Shown piece by piece: positions 1 through 11,669 of a DNA stretch of 64,000 nucleotides (position 1 is its first letter; every line of letters starts with the position of its first letter). The stretch is taken from positions 8,885 to 72,884 of the forward strand of contig CAWGJV010000027.1 in NCBI GenBank assembly GCA_963822975.1. The letters are read 5' to 3'. Source of the DNA: an uncultured Alphaproteobacteria bacterium. Its GTDB lineage: Bacteria; Pseudomonadota; Alphaproteobacteria; Rhizobiales; Kaistiaceae. Below the pieces are notes generated by a model. That model was not told where the DNA came from and did not search any database. It saw only the letters and a list, made by a program, of their open reading frames with translations. Both the position numbers and the translations under genes were made by a program.

Positions 1-108
1 TATCTCGCCGGCGCCTTCATCCTCCTGATCTCGGCGCTCACCCTGATCGGCTCGCTGGTCAGCGACGTCCTTCTTGCCCTCGTCGACCCGCGCATCCGGC
101 TCGAGTAG
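1..108 (+). CDS. ABC transporter permease, C-terminal fragment (DppB/OppB-type; 5' end outside window)
   Basis: Frame 1 is open from base 1 and reads ..LISALTLIGSLVSDVLLALVDPRIRLE, then TAG at 106-108. This is the conserved C-terminal tail of DppB/OppB-type permeases. The partner permease gene starts 5 nt later. Confidence 0.7.
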   Translation, partial: YLAGAFILLISALTLIGSLVSDVLLALVDPRIRLE

Positions 109-113
109 TTGCG

Positions 114-1244
114 ATGACCGAGCTAGCCGCCACCACACCGACAGTCATCCCCGGCGCTGCCGTTGCCTCGCAATGGCAGCTCATGTGGTGGGCGTTCCGC
201 CGACACAAGCTGGCGATGGTCGGGATGGTCGTCACCATCTTCCTCTACATCATTGCCGCCGTGCCGGGCTTCTTCGCCATCAACGATCCCTACCAGCAGA
301 ATGCGCGGACGCAGTATCACCCGCCGGAGGCCGTCCACTTCTTCGATCGCGACGAGTCGGGCAACCTGACCTTCGGACTGTGGTTCCACCCCGACAAGCT
401 GGCACGGGATCCGGAGACGCTTGCCGCGGTTTACAAGCCCGACGAGACCAAGAAGGTGACCGTGACGCTGTTCGGAACAGGTTACGCGTACAAGGTCTTC
501 GGCCTTTTCCCGTCGACGCGGCACCTGCTGGCCTCCGACGATCCCGACCACCCGCTGTTCCTGCTGGGCGCCGACCGGCTCGGCCGCGGCGTCTGGAGCC
601 GCATCATGCAGGGCGGCCAGATATCCCTGTCGATCGGCCTGGTCGGCGTCGCCCTGTCCCTGTTCATCGGCATCGTGCTCGGCGGCATTTCCGGCTATTT
701 CGGCGGGCGCATCGACTTCGCCGTCCAGCGCGTGATCGAGTTCATTCTGGCCTTGCCGAGCATTCCCATCTGGATGGCGATGACGGCGGCATTGCCGCAG
801 GACTGGCCGGCGACCCAGCAGTATTTCATGATCACGGTGATCCTGTCGCTGACCGGCTGGGCGCATCTTGCGCGCGTCGTGCGCGGCCGCTTCCTGTCGC
901 TGAGGACCGAGGAATTCGTCACGGCCGCCCGGCTCGACGGTTGCAGCGAGCGCCGCATCATCTTCCGCCACATGCTGCCGAGCTTCATGAGCCACATCAT
1001 CGCGTCGATCACGCTCGCCATCCCGGCGATGATCCTCGCCGAAACGTCACTGTCGTTCCTCGGGCTCGGCCTGCAGCCGCCGACCATCTCCTGGGGCGTA
1101 CTGCTGCAGGAGGCGCAGAACATCCGTTCCATCGCGACCGCGCCGTGGCTGTTCTGGCCGGGCGCTTTCGTCGTCATCGCCGTGATGGCCCTCAACCTTG
1201 TCGGCGACGGCCTGCGCGACGCCGCCGATCCCTACAACAAGTGA
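114..1244 (+). CDS. ABC transporter permease (DppC/OppC-type)
   Basis: Intact 376-aa ORF with an N-terminal TM segment, an EAA-loop region (ARLDGCSERRIIFRHMLP) and the C-terminal GDGLRDAADPY typical of DppC/OppC-type permeases. Confidence 0.85.
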   Translation: MTELAATTPTVIPGAAVASQWQLMWWAFRRHKLAMVGMVVTIFLYIIAAVPGFFAINDPYQQNARTQYHPPEAVHFFDRDESGNLTFGLWFHPDKLARDPETLAAVYKPDETKKVTVTLFGTGYAYKVFGLFPSTRHLLASDDPDHPLFLLGADRLGRGVWSRIMQGGQISLSIGLVGVALSLFIGIVLGGISGYFGGRIDFAVQRVIEFILALPSIPIWMAMTAALPQDWPATQQYFMITVILSLTGWAHLARVVRGRFLSLRTEEFVTAARLDGCSERRIIFRHMLPSFMSHIIASITLAIPAMILAETSLSFLGLGLQPPTISWGVLLQEAQNIRSIATAPWLFWPGAFVVIAVMALNLVGDGLRDAADPYNK

Positions 1245-1246
1245 CC

Positions 1247-2976
1247 ATGGCCGAGTCGACCACAACACAGCGCGCCCCCCAGGGCCACGACGACCAGGGC
1301 ATCGTCCTGAGCGTGCGCGATCTGGTTACGCACTTCCCGGTGCGCAGCGGCGTGGTCAAGGCAGTCGACGGCGTGTCCTTCGACGTCTTTCGCGGGCGGA
1401 CGCTCGCCATCGTCGGCGAAAGCGGTTCCGGCAAGAGCGTCACGGCGCGTTCCATCCTGCAGATCGTCGACGCCCCCGGCCATATCGTCTCCGGCAGCAT
1501 GAATTTCACCCGCAGCGACGGCTCGACGGTGGATCTCGCCACGCTCGCGCCCAAGGGGCGCCAGATACGGGCGATCCGCGGCCAGGAGATCGCCATGATC
1601 TTCCAGGAGCCGATGTCGTCGCTGTCGCCGGTGCACACCATCGGCGACCAGATCAACGAGGTGCTCCGCCTGCACTGGCGCCTCGGCAAGCAGGCCGCGC
1701 GCGAGCGCACCGTCGAACTGCTCCGCCAGGTCGAGATTCCCAATCCCGAGAGGGCGATCGACCGCTACACGTTCGAATATTCCGGCGGCATGCGCCAGCG
1801 CGCCATGATCGCCATGGCGCTCGCCTGCAATCCGTCGCTGCTGATCGCCGACGAGCCGACCACGGCGCTCGACGTCACCACCCAGGCCGAGATCCTCGAC
1901 CTCATCAAGCGGCTCCAGGAGAGCCACGGCATGGGCGTCGATGTTCATCACCCACGACATGGGCGTCGTCGCCGAAATCGCCGACGACGTGCTCGTCATG
2001 TACAACGGCAAGGTGATGGAGTACGGGCCGGTGGAGCGGATCTTCCACGAGCCGGCCGATGCCTATACGCGCATGCTGATCGGCTCGGTGCTGAAGCTCG
2101 AGGACAAGGCGGAGATCAGGATCAGCCGTCCGGATGTGGCGGCGGACGTGCCGCCGATCATGGAGGCGGTCGGCCTCAAGATGTATTTCCCGGCGGCGAC
2201 GGCGGCGATCAAGGCGGTCGACGACGTCTCGCTGGTCGTCCGCCCCGGCGAAACCCTCGGCGTGGTCGGCGAATTCGGGCTCGGGCAAGACGACGATGGG
2301 GCGCTGCCTGCTGCGCGTCTACGAGCCGACCGCCGGCGAGATCCGCTATCGCCGCACCGACGGCAGCATCATCGACCTTGCCAAGGCCGACAAGGCGACC
2401 CTGCACGCCTGCCGGCGCGAAATCCGCATGATCTTCCAGGACCCGGTGTCGTCGCTCAATCCGCGCATGACGGTGACCCAGATCATCGGCGAGCCGCTCT
2501 ACGTCAACGGCATCGCGAAGGGCGCCGAGCTCGACGACCGGGTCGCCCAGCTCATGCGCCAGGTCGGGCTCGAGCCGAGCTGGCGCGAGCGCTATCCGCA
2601 CGCATTCTCCGGCGGCCAGCGCCAGCGCATCGGCATCGCCCGCGCCATTGCCTTGTCGCCGCGCCTGATCGTTGCCGACGAGGCGACCTCGGCGCTCGAC
2701 GTTTCGCTGCGCGCCCAGATGCTCGACCTGCTCATGCGGCTGCAGGACGAGCTTGGCCTCGCCTACATCTTCATCAGCCACGACATGGGCGTCATCCGCT
2801 ACATGTGCGACCGCGTCGCCGTCATGTTTCGCGGCCGCGTCGTCGAGACCGGCACCACCGATCAGGTCGTCAACGAGCCGACCCACGACTACACCAAGGC
2901 GCTGCTCTCGGCGATCCCGCATCCCGACCCGAGCAAGCGCCGCATCCACGAACGTCACCGCTACACCGGCGACTGA
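1247..2976 (+). pseudogene. Fused tandem ABC ATPase (DppD-DppF type, two nucleotide-binding domains), 2 frame disruptions
   Basis: ATG 1247 lies 2 nt after the permease stop. NBD1 has [16 protein letters not shown] and [15 protein letters not shown]2 has GSGKTTMG, FSGGQRQR, LIVADEATSALD and ISHD. The frame changes near 1938 (..ESHGMGV / [10 protein letters not shown]..) and at the TT run 2274-2275 (..GVVGE / SGSGKTT..). Confidence 0.8.
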
Positions 2977-3004
2977 ACGCCGTCCTGCAATTCGAGTCTC
3001 CCCG

Positions 3005-4243
3005 ATGAAGATCACCGATATCCGCACGTTCCTGATGCATGCCGGCGCGCCGGAGCCGAAGAGATGGGCGTCCGACGCGACGTGGTCGGAGCAGCCGCCG
3101 ACGCGCGTCACCAACACCGCCTTCGGCGGCGTGCGCAACTGGCTGTTCGTCAAGATCGACACCGACGAGGGCATCACCGGCATCGGCGAATGCTCCGGCT
3201 GGCCGCGGGTGATCGAGACCGCCATCCAGGACCTCAAGGCGATGCTCATCGGCGAGGACCCGACCCATATCGAGAAGCTCTGGCAGAAGATGCAGACCGC
3301 CATCATGGGCCACGGCATGCTCGGCACCGTCGGCGGCGGCGCCATGACCGGCATCGACATGGCGCTGTGGGACATCAAGGGCAAAGTGCTCGGCACGCCG
3401 GTGTGGAACCTGCTCGGCGGCAAGGTCCGCGACCGCGTGCGCATCTACGGCCATGCCAACACGCCCGAGGTGGCGCTGTCGCTGAAGGAGCGCGGCATCA
3501 CGGCGCTGAAATGCGGCGGCGTCGCCGATCCGGTGCGCAAGGTCGCCGCGATCCGCGAGGCGGTCGGCGCGGACATGGACATGATGATCGACCTGCACGG
3601 CCCGCCCTGGATGACGCCGGCCGACGCCGCTCGTCTCGCCCGCGCGCTGGAGCCCTACGAACTCGCCTGGATCGAGGACCCGATCGCGCCGGAGAACCTC
3701 GACGGCTATGCCCGCATCCGCGACGCCGCCCACGTCCCGCTCGCCGCCGGCGAGCGCATGGCGACGATCTTCGGCGAGCGCGAACTGATCGAGCGCGACC
3801 TTGTCGATATCATCCAGCCGGACACCGGCCGGGCCGGCGGCATCACGCAGATGAAGAAGATCGCCGCGATGGCCGAGGCGCACCACATCATGTTCGCGCC
3901 GCATTCCGGCTCGCTTGGGCCGGTGGCGGAATACGCCGCGCTGCACCTGATGGCGGCGATTCCCAACGCCATCATCCTGGAGCGCATCGAGGACGACTGG
4001 GAGGGCCGGGCGAAGACGGTCATCCCGCACCCGATGCAGAAGGACGGCTTCATCAAGGTGCCCGACGCGCCGGGTCTCGGTGTCGATATCGACGAGGCGT
4101 TCGTCGCCGCCCACCCGTCGACCGGCAACGTCGCCATGCCGATCGGCCGCGATTCGAAATCCTATGTCGAAGGCACCTTCGACGAGCACGTCTACGTCCA
4201 GACGCGGGTCAAGCGGGCGCGCTACTTCAGCCCGGACGAATAG
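3005..4243 (+). CDS. Enolase-superfamily dehydratase (mandelate racemase / D-galactonate dehydratase-like)
   Basis: Intact 412-aa ORF starting MKITDIRTF. It carries GIGECSGW, ALWDIKGKVLGTPVWNLLGG, the metal-ligand contexts MIDLHG / WIEDP / AAGE, and IIQPD, all typical of the MR/MLE family. Confidence 0.8.
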   Translation: MKITDIRTFLMHAGAPEPKRWASDATWSEQPPTRVTNTAFGGVRNWLFVKIDTDEGITGIGECSGWPRVIETAIQDLKAMLIGEDPTHIEKLWQKMQTAIMGHGMLGTVGGGAMTGIDMALWDIKGKVLGTPVWNLLGGKVRDRVRIYGHANTPEVALSLKERGITALKCGGVADPVRKVAAIREAVGADMDMMIDLHGPPWMTPADAARLARALEPYELAWIEDPIAPENLDGYARIRDAAHVPLAAGERMATIFGERELIERDLVDIIQPDTGRAGGITQMKKIAAMAEAHHIMFAPHSGSLGPVAEYAALHLMAAIPNAIILERIEDDWEGRAKTVIPHPMQKDGFIKVPDAPGLGVDIDEAFVAAHPSTGNVAMPIGRDSKSYVEGTFDEHVYVQTRVKRARYFSPDE

Positions 4244-4245
4244 CC

Positions 4246-5446
4246 ATGAAGATCGATCGCCTGCGCGCTTTCATGACCCGCGACAAGGACCGGCCGCGGG
4301 TGGTGGTGGCCATCGATACCGATGACGGGCTGACCGGCTGGGGCGAGTGCTACAACCACGGACCCGACAAGGCGTTGCTGCCGCTGCTCGAGTACCTGTT
4401 CGACGTTCATCAAGGGCGCAGGACCCGCGCCGGATCGAATTTCTGATCCTCTATCTGCTCCAGCAGATCGCGCTTTCCTCCGGGCGCCCTCGGCCTGGCG
4501 GCGATCTCGGCGATCGACCATTGCCTGTGGGACATCTCGGCGAAGGCGCTGGGCGTGCCGGTCTACATGCTGCTCGGCGGCAATTCCCGCGACCGGGTCC
4601 GCGTCTATGCCGGCGTCTACACCGCGCCCGATCCCGGCGCGGCGCGCGACGAGTTCGACCGTCTCAATGCCGACTGGGGCCTGACCGCATTCAAGCTCAG
4701 CCCCTACCGCATCGACATCCACGCCAACCGCTGGGGCGAGGTGGTGCGCACGTCGGCGGAGTATTTCCGCTCGCTCCGCGAGACGGTGCGCGCCGACTAC
4801 GAGATCGCCTTCGACGCGCATGCCCGCATCTTCGAGCCGCAACAGGCGGTGCAGTTCGGCAATGCGCTGGCGCCATACGATCCGCTGTTTTTCGAGGAGC
4901 CGATCCGGCCGGAGAATATCGAGGCGTGGGGCGCGATGAAGCGCCAGATGGCCTGCACGCTGGCGACCGGCGAGAGCCTCTACAGCCGCTTCGAGTTCCT
5001 GCGCCTGCTTTCGGTCGGCGGCGCCGACATCATCCAGCCGGACATCTGCGTCGTTGGCGGCCTGCTGGAGATGCGCAAGATCGCGGCCATCGCCGAGGCG
5101 CACTACGTCACGGTCGCGCCGCACAATCCGATGGGGCCGCTGGCGACCGCGGTGAACCTGCATTTCTCCGCGGCCCAGCCGAATTTCCGCATCCTCGAAT
5201 ACCGGTTGCCGGTCGGACAGGCGTACGGCTTCCGGCGGTGGCGACAGCGCGGCCGCGGCCGCCCCGATACTCGACGCGCCCTACGTGAAGGACCCGTACC
5301 TGCCCAAGGACGGCTATCTGGAACTCAGGCCCGATCGGCCGGGCTGGGGCGTCGAGATGGACATGGACGTGCTTGCCAAGGACGACTACGTCCATTGGGA
5401 GCGCAAGGTTCCGCGCCGCCCGGACGGCTCCAGAGGCTACGCCTGA
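4246..5446 (+). pseudogene. Second enolase-superfamily dehydratase (tandem paralogue), at least 4 frame disruptions
   Basis: Starts 2 nt after the previous stop (MKIDRLRAF..GWGECYNHG). Homologous segments lie in all three frames: AISAIDHCLWDISAKALGVPVYMLLGG, FDAHARI, FFEEPIRPE, ATGESLY, IIQPD and the C-terminus PYVKDPYLPKDGYLELRPDRPGWGVEMD. Frame switches occur at about 4405-4480 (3) and about 5230. Confidence 0.75.
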
Positions 5447-5471
5447 AGCGGTCCTGGCGTCGCGGGTGTCA

Positions 5472-5498
5472 GCCGCCTCGAGATCGGTCCGAGGCGGC
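5472..5498. terminator. Candidate bidirectional terminator hairpin between convergent operons
   Basis: A 9-bp inverted repeat GCCGCCTCG / CGAGGCGGC with a 9-nt loop sits in the 70-nt gap between convergent genes. There is no strong T tract. Confidence 0.35.
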
Positions 5499-5516
5499 CT
5501 GTTGCGGAATTTCCAC

Positions 5517-7636
5517 CTAGGTCAGGCGCACCACCAGTGCGTCGCGCGGCGGTACGCTGATCTGGTTGCCGGTCACGGCCGAACCATCGCCCCACGACAC
5601 GCCGCCGAGGCTCGGCGTGCCGTGCTGCCCGCCAAACGCGACCGACGCTTTCTGGACGCTGCGGGTCGGATTGATCACCCACAGGCACGCGCCGTCGGCG
5701 CTCTTGTGGAGCCGTGCCTGCATGGCGGGATTGGAGAGGCGGACGTGCTGCGTCTTGCCGGTCCAGGCGAAGACGTCGGCGAAATAGCGGCGGTTGTCGT
5801 CGCCGGACTCGCGGAAATAGCCGATCGACGGGTGGGTGCCGACGAGCAGCGTGCGACCCTTGCCGTGCGTGTGCTCGACAATCGCCAGCCGCCCGTCGTC
5901 GTAGTGGCCGCGGTCCTTGCCCCCCTGCAACGTGTACGATTGCAGGAAGCCGCCGCCGGCGACCGGCTTGCCGTCCATCGCGAGATGGATGCGGTCACCG
6001 ATATCGGGCATGAACTCGACCTCGGCTTCGCGCACGCCGAAGACCGCGTCGAGGCCGAAATTGGGCTGCACGGTGCCGACATGGCCGCGGTCGCCGAAAT
6101 AGGCCGGGGCAGCCCTCGCTAATCAGCGTGCCGCCTTTCTCCACCCAGCTGCGTCAGCCGGTTGGCGTGCTCCTCGGTCAGCATGATCGGGTAGGGGAAG
6201 TAGAGCGCGTCGTAGTCGGTCGATGTCGTCGATATGCACCCAGTCCGCCTGGATGCCGTTGTCGAAGAAGCCGCGATAGGCGCCCCACATGGCGCTGGTG
6301 TAGGTGTCGGCACTGCCTCGTGGTTGAAGCAGATAGTCGATCGCCTGCGCCTCGGGCACGACCAGGATGCCGATATCGCCGCGCACCGGGCGCGCCGCGA
6401 AGACCGGCTTTTGCTCCGGCGCGTTGCCCATTTGGCCATGGCGCTCGCCATGTCGGAGCGCGGCGTGCGCGAGCCGTCCATGGCGTAGGAGCCGAAGGCG
6501 CCGAACAGCGGGCCGTCGAGCAGCGGCCGATAGCGCAGGTTGAGCACACCGCGCGCGCCGGCGGCGAACGAGGTCATGGTCCACAGCCGGACGTCTTCCG
6601 GCTCGGCGACGCGGCCGTCCTCCTTGTCGCGGCCGAGGACCTGCGGCTGCATCCATAAGGGCCCGCCCTGCCGTTCGGCGTGCCAGAACGGTTTGCCGCG
6701 GGACGCGGCGCGGGTCAGGTCGCCGCCGAAGAAGTTTCGCCAGGGCTGGTTGCCCTTGCGCGCCGCGATCCAGGTGAAGCCGTAGACCTCGACCTTGGAA
6801 GCGGCGAGCCAGTCGTCGCAGCCGTTCGCTGCCATGTTGGGGATGGCGCCGGCGACGCCGTGCGCGGCGATCAGGCAGTCCTTGTCGATGGCGCGGATGG
6901 TGTCGATCTGGAATTGCATCTGGCCGTAATAGTTGTCGCGCTTGAAGGCCAGCCAGTCGAGGCATTCCGGGATACGGCGCCATCTGGTGCGGCGGTTCGA
7001 TGTCGTCCCATTCGGCATAGCTGTAGCGGTGCCAGGCGCGCGCCAGCGTATCGAGGTCGCCGTATTTCGCCCGCAGCCAGTCGCGGAACGCCGCCTTGCC
7101 ATAGGTGCTGAGTAGTCGACCTCCGGCGAGTAGTTGCACTCGTTCCAGACGTCGTAGCCCAGCAGGCCCGGATGGCCCTTGTAGCGGGTGGCGAGCGCGG
7201 TCAGGAAGTTGCCGGCCGCCTCCTTCACCTCGTCGCAATTGAGGGTCAGCGCGCCGGCGCCGCCGCCATTGTTGGCGAAGCCGCCGGTGGCGGCAGCTGA
7301 CGCCCATGTTCGAGGTGAGCGGCCGCGCCGTCGGCGCGCATCTGGCGCGCATGGGCGAATTTGCGCATGGCCCAGTCGGGCACGGTGTGGGTCAGTTCGG
7401 CGACGATGGTCTTGATGCCGTTCTTGGCGGCAAGGTCGATCTGGCGGTCGTATTCGTCCCAATCGTAATAGCCCGGGCGCGCGCTCGATCGCGCCCCACA
7501 TGAACCAGTGGCGGAAGATGTTGAGCCCGTCCTCGGCGGCAACGCCGTAGTCGCGCTCCCAGTCCTCGCGCGGCGGGTTGGACTTGCGGAAATAGACCGC
7601 GCCAAAGGGCACCTGCGGCAGTTTGTCCGTGGGCAT
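5517..7636 (-). pseudogene. GH42-family beta-galactosidase, at least 9 frame disruptions
   Basis: The N-terminus reads MPTDKLPQVPFGAVYFRKSNPPREDWERDYG..IFRHWFMWGAIE, followed by ..YDVWNECNY. The trimerisation and C-terminal domains lie in ORF 5517-6071. Segments alternate between three frames, with switches at about 7475, 7330, 7295, 7115, 6975, 6430, 6225, 6130 and the G4 run 6106-6109. The total length (about 706 codons) is normal for GH42. Confidence 0.8.
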
Positions 7637-7661
7637 TCTCGAACTCCTTCAGGGGGAAACG

Positions 7662-9456
7662 TCAGTTTGCGGGAACAGGGCCGGCTGTCTGCCGCCTCAC
7701 GGTGAACCGGGTACGGTGCAGCATGCGCTTGTTGCGCGGGTCGGGGTTGGGCACGGCGGAGATCAGGCTTTGCGTGTAGGGCTCGCGCGGCGCGGTGCAG
7801 ATCTGCTCGGCCGTGCCGATCTCGACGATCTTGCCGCGATGCATGACGGCGACGCGGTCGCAGAAATAGCGGACGACCGAAATGTCGTGCGAGATGAAGA
7901 TGAAGCTGAGGTCGAGGCGCTTCTGGATATCGAGCAGCAGGTCGAGGATCTGCGCGCGGATCGAGACGTCGAGCGCGGAGGTCGCCTCGTCGGCGATGAT
8001 GATGCGCGGATCGAGGGCGAGCGCGCGGGCGATGCCGATGCGCTGGCGCTGGCCGCCGGAGAAGGCGTGCGGATAGCGCTCCATCGCAGACGGATCGAGC
8101 CCGACCAGTTCCAGCAGCTCGCCGACGCGGTCCGCAGTTCGCTCCCCGCGCGTGCCCAGCGTTACGTAGAGCGGGTCGCCGATGATCTGCTTGACGGTCA
8201 TGCGCGGATTGAGCGAGGCGAACGGGTCCTGGAAGACCAGCCGCACGTCGCGGTGGTAGGCGGCCAGTCCTTGCTTGCCGAGGGCGCGTGACATCGACGG
8301 CCCGCGCCGTCGCGGTCGCGGTAGGTGATCGTGCCCGCCGCTCGGCCTCGATGGTCCTCAGGATCAGCCGGCCGAGCGTGGTCTTGCCCGAGCCGCTTTC
8401 GCCGACGATGCCGAGATTCTCGCCCGGCTAGAGATCGAAGCTGGCGTCGTCGACCGCCTTGAGGGCGTAGCCGCCTGCCTTGAGCCAGCCGCCGCCCGCC
8501 GCCGAAGACCTTGCCAAGTCCGCGGACCGACAGAACGGAGTCGGCGTGCTCCTCGCGCGCTGCCGGTGGCCGCGTCGACGCCGGCCGGTTCTGCTCGAGC
8601 TTCACCGTCGACGCAAGCAGCGCGCTGGGTGTAGGGATGGCGGGCATCGTGGAAGATGTCGTCGACCGGGCCCTGCTCGACGATGCGGCCGTAGCGCATC
8701 ACGGCGACGTCGTCGGCGACCTCGGCGACGATGCCCATGTCGTGGGTGATCAGCAGCATCGCCATGCCGCGGCTCGACCTGCAGCCGCTTGATGAGGTCG
8801 AGGATCTCGGCCTGGGTGGTCACGTCGAGCGCGGTCGTCGGCTCGTCGGCGATCAGGATGTCCGGGTTCGCAGGCGAGCGCCATGGCGATCATGGCGCGC
8901 TGCCGCATGCCGCCGGAGAACTCGAAGGTGTAGCGGTCGATCATGCTTGTCGGGATCGGGGATCTCGACCTGGCGCAGCAGCTCGATGGTCTCCGCGCGT
9001 GCCTGGCGCTCGGTCATGCGGCGGTGCAGGCGCAGCGCCTCGACGATCTGCGCGCCGATGGTGTGCACCGGCGACAGCGAACTCATCGGCTCCTGGAAGA
9101 TGAGGCCGATGCGCCCGCCGCGGATGCGCAGCATCTCGCGGCTGCGTTCGGTCGAGCGGCGTGACGTCGATCTCGCGGTCGCCGTCGACATCGAGCAGTG
9201 ATCGTGCCGCCGGCGATCGCGGCCGTGCTTGTCGATGATGCGCAGCAGCGCGCGCGCGGTGACGGACTTGCCCGAGCCGCTCTCGCCGACCAGGCGAGCG
9301 TTCGCCCGCGCTGCAGCGTGAAGCTGACGTCGCGGACGGCATGCAGGATGTGCGTGCGCAGCGTGAAATCGACGCTCAGATCGCTCGACGCGCAGAACCG
9401 CGTCGGCTTCGGCGGCGTACCGGCCTGACGGGTCTTGCGGGTCGACCGTCGTCCAC
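7662..9456 (-). pseudogene. Fused tandem ABC ATPase (paralogue of 1247-2976), heavily frame-disrupted
   Basis: [65 protein letters not shown] and ISHDISVV are found across all three frames. Only the last 210 codons (7662-8294) are contiguous, and there are at least 8 switches. The start (GTG 9456) is tentative. Confidence 0.75.
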
Positions 9457-9462
9457 GCCGCC

Positions 9463-10657
9463 TCAGGTATTCGTAGGGGTCGGCGGCGTCGCGCAGCCGT
9501 CGCCGAGGAAGTTGAACGACAGCACCGCGAGCACCACCGCGCCGGCCGGCCAGAGCAGCAGCCAGGGCGCGGTGGCGACGGTGCGGATGTTCTGCGCGTC
9601 CTGCAGCAGCACGCCCCAGCAGACCACCGGCGGCTTCAGGCCGATGCCGAGGAAGGACAGCGCCGTCTCGGCGACGATCATCGTCGGGAGCGCGAGCGTG
9701 ACGACCGCGAGGATGTGGCTGGTGAGCGAGGGCAGGATGTGGCGGAAGATCAGCGCGGCGCTCGCGTCGAGCCGTCGAGCTGCGCGGCGGTGACGAAATC
9801 CTCGCCGCTGCAGCGCGAAGAAGCGTCCGCGCACCTCGCGCGCCAGCCCCGTCCAGCCGAGCAGCGACACGATCAGCGTGATGACGAAATAGACCTGCAG
9901 CGGCGACCAGGTGAGCGGGATGGCGGCGGCGAGGCCGAGCCACAGCGGGATGGTCGGCATCGAGGAGATGACCTCGATGATGCGCTGGATCGGCGAGGTC
10001 GACCCAGCCGCCGTAGAAGCCCGAGAGCGCGCCGAGCGACGACGCCGAGCATCAGGCTGATGCAGACGCCGACCAGGCCGATCGACATGGAGATGCGCGT
10101 TCCGTAGATCAGCCGGCTGAGCAGGTCGCGGCCGAGCTGGTCGGTGCCGAGCAGGTACATCGGGTCGGTCGCGTTGAGCGGCCCGATCAGGTGAATGTTC
10201 ATCGGGAATGAGGCCCCACAGCTTGTAGGCCGGGCCCTTGCACGAACAAGCCGATCGGGATCGACCTTGTCTCGTCGGGCCATCGAAGGTCCGGCGCAGA
10301 GCGACCTGGATCGACCTTCGATCGTGTAGCCGTTGACATGGGGCAGGAACTTGCAGCCGCCATTCCGTCGGGCGCGGTGAAGAACAGGTCGAGCGGCTGC
10401 GGCGGCGCATAGGTGAATTGCGGCTGCGACCGGTCGGGCAGCGACGGCGCCAGGAACTCGGCAAAGGCGCCGATCAGATAGAGGGCAAGGATGACGGCAC
10501 CGGCGAAGACCGCGACCTTGTTGCGGACGAACTGCTGCCAGATCAGCGTCCACTGGCCGGCGGCGGCGTTCGATTCGATCCTGCCGGCCGCTCTTCAGCG
10601 GGCTATCGCGGGGGCGGTCTCGACGTCGCCGTTCGATGACGGTGTGTCGGCCGTCAT
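9463..10657 (-). pseudogene. ABC transporter permease (DppC/OppC-type), frame-disrupted
   Basis: ATG 10657 overlaps the upstream stop (TGATGA). The segments QWTLIWQQFVRNKVAVFAGAVILALYLIGAFAEFLAP, PMYLLGTDQLGRDLLSRLIYGTRISMSIGLVG and IFRHILPSLTSHILAVVTLALPTMIVAETALSFLGIGLKPP..NFLGDG lie in different frames, with at least 5 switches. The 3' end is tentative. Confidence 0.75.
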
Positions 10658-11654
10658 CAGGTGAACCGGATGCGGGGATCGAGCAGGGCGAGCAGCAGGT
10701 CGGAGATCAGCATGCCGACCAGCGTCAGCATGCCCATGCAGCAGGATGAAGCTGCCGGCGAGGTACATGTCCTGGGTGACCAGCGCGCGCAGCAGCAGCG
10801 GCCCGGCCGTCGGCAGGTTGAGCACGATGGCGGTGATGGTCACGCCGGAGATGAGTTCGGGCAGCACCCAGCCGATCGCCGACACGAACGGGTTGAGCGC
10901 GATGCGCACCGGATATTTGAGCATCACCTTGTACTCGGGCAGGCCCTTGGCCCTGGCGGTGATGACGTAGGGCTTGTTGCAGTTCGTCGGTGAGGTTGGC
11001 GCGCAGGATGCGGATCAGCGCGGCGGTGCCGGCCGTGCCGATCACGATGACCGGGATCCACAGAGTGCGCGAGCAGATCGAGGAACTTGGCCATGCGACC
11101 ACGGCGCCTCGGCGAATTCCGGCGAGAACAGCCCGCCGACGCTCTGGCCGAGATACTTGTAGGTCGAGGTACATCAGCGTCAGCGCCAGGATGAAGTTCG
11201 GGATGGCGAGGCCGATGAAGCCGAAGAAGGTGAAGACATGGTCGCCGATCGAGTGCCGGCGCACGGCCGAGTAGATGCCGATCGGCAGCGACACCGCCCA
11301 GACGAACATCAGCGAGGCGACCGAGACGGCGAGCGTGGCGCCCATCCGCTCCCAGATCAGCTCGGCGACCGGCCGGTTCCACTCGAAGGAATAGCCGAAG
11401 TCGCCGCGCAGGACGATGCCGCTAGATCCACTTCCAGTATTGGAGCATAGACCGGATCATCGAGACCGTAGATCTCGCGCAGGCGCAGCGATCTGGTCGC
11501 CGGATCGACGGTCTGGCCGTTGCTCGGTCATCCGCGAGATCATCGAGGTCAGATAGTCGCCGGGCGGCAACTGGATGATGAGGAAGGCGATCACCGACAT
11601 GCCGAACAGCGTCGGGATCATGTAGATGAGCCGCTTGATGACGTAGCGGAGCAT
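10657..11654 (-). pseudogene. ABC transporter permease (DppB/OppB-type), frame-disrupted
   Basis: Starts MLRYVIKRLIYMIPTLFGMSVIAFLIIQLPPGDY and ends ..LLALLDPRIRFT*. Internal segments (..LPIGIYSAVRRHSIGDHVFTFFGFIGLAIPNFILALTLMY.., ..VSAIGWVLPELISGVTITAIVLNLPTAGPLLLRALVTQDMYLAGSFILL) lie in different frames, with at least 4 switches. Confidence 0.75.
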
Positions 11655-11669
11655 GATCCGCCTCCCGAC

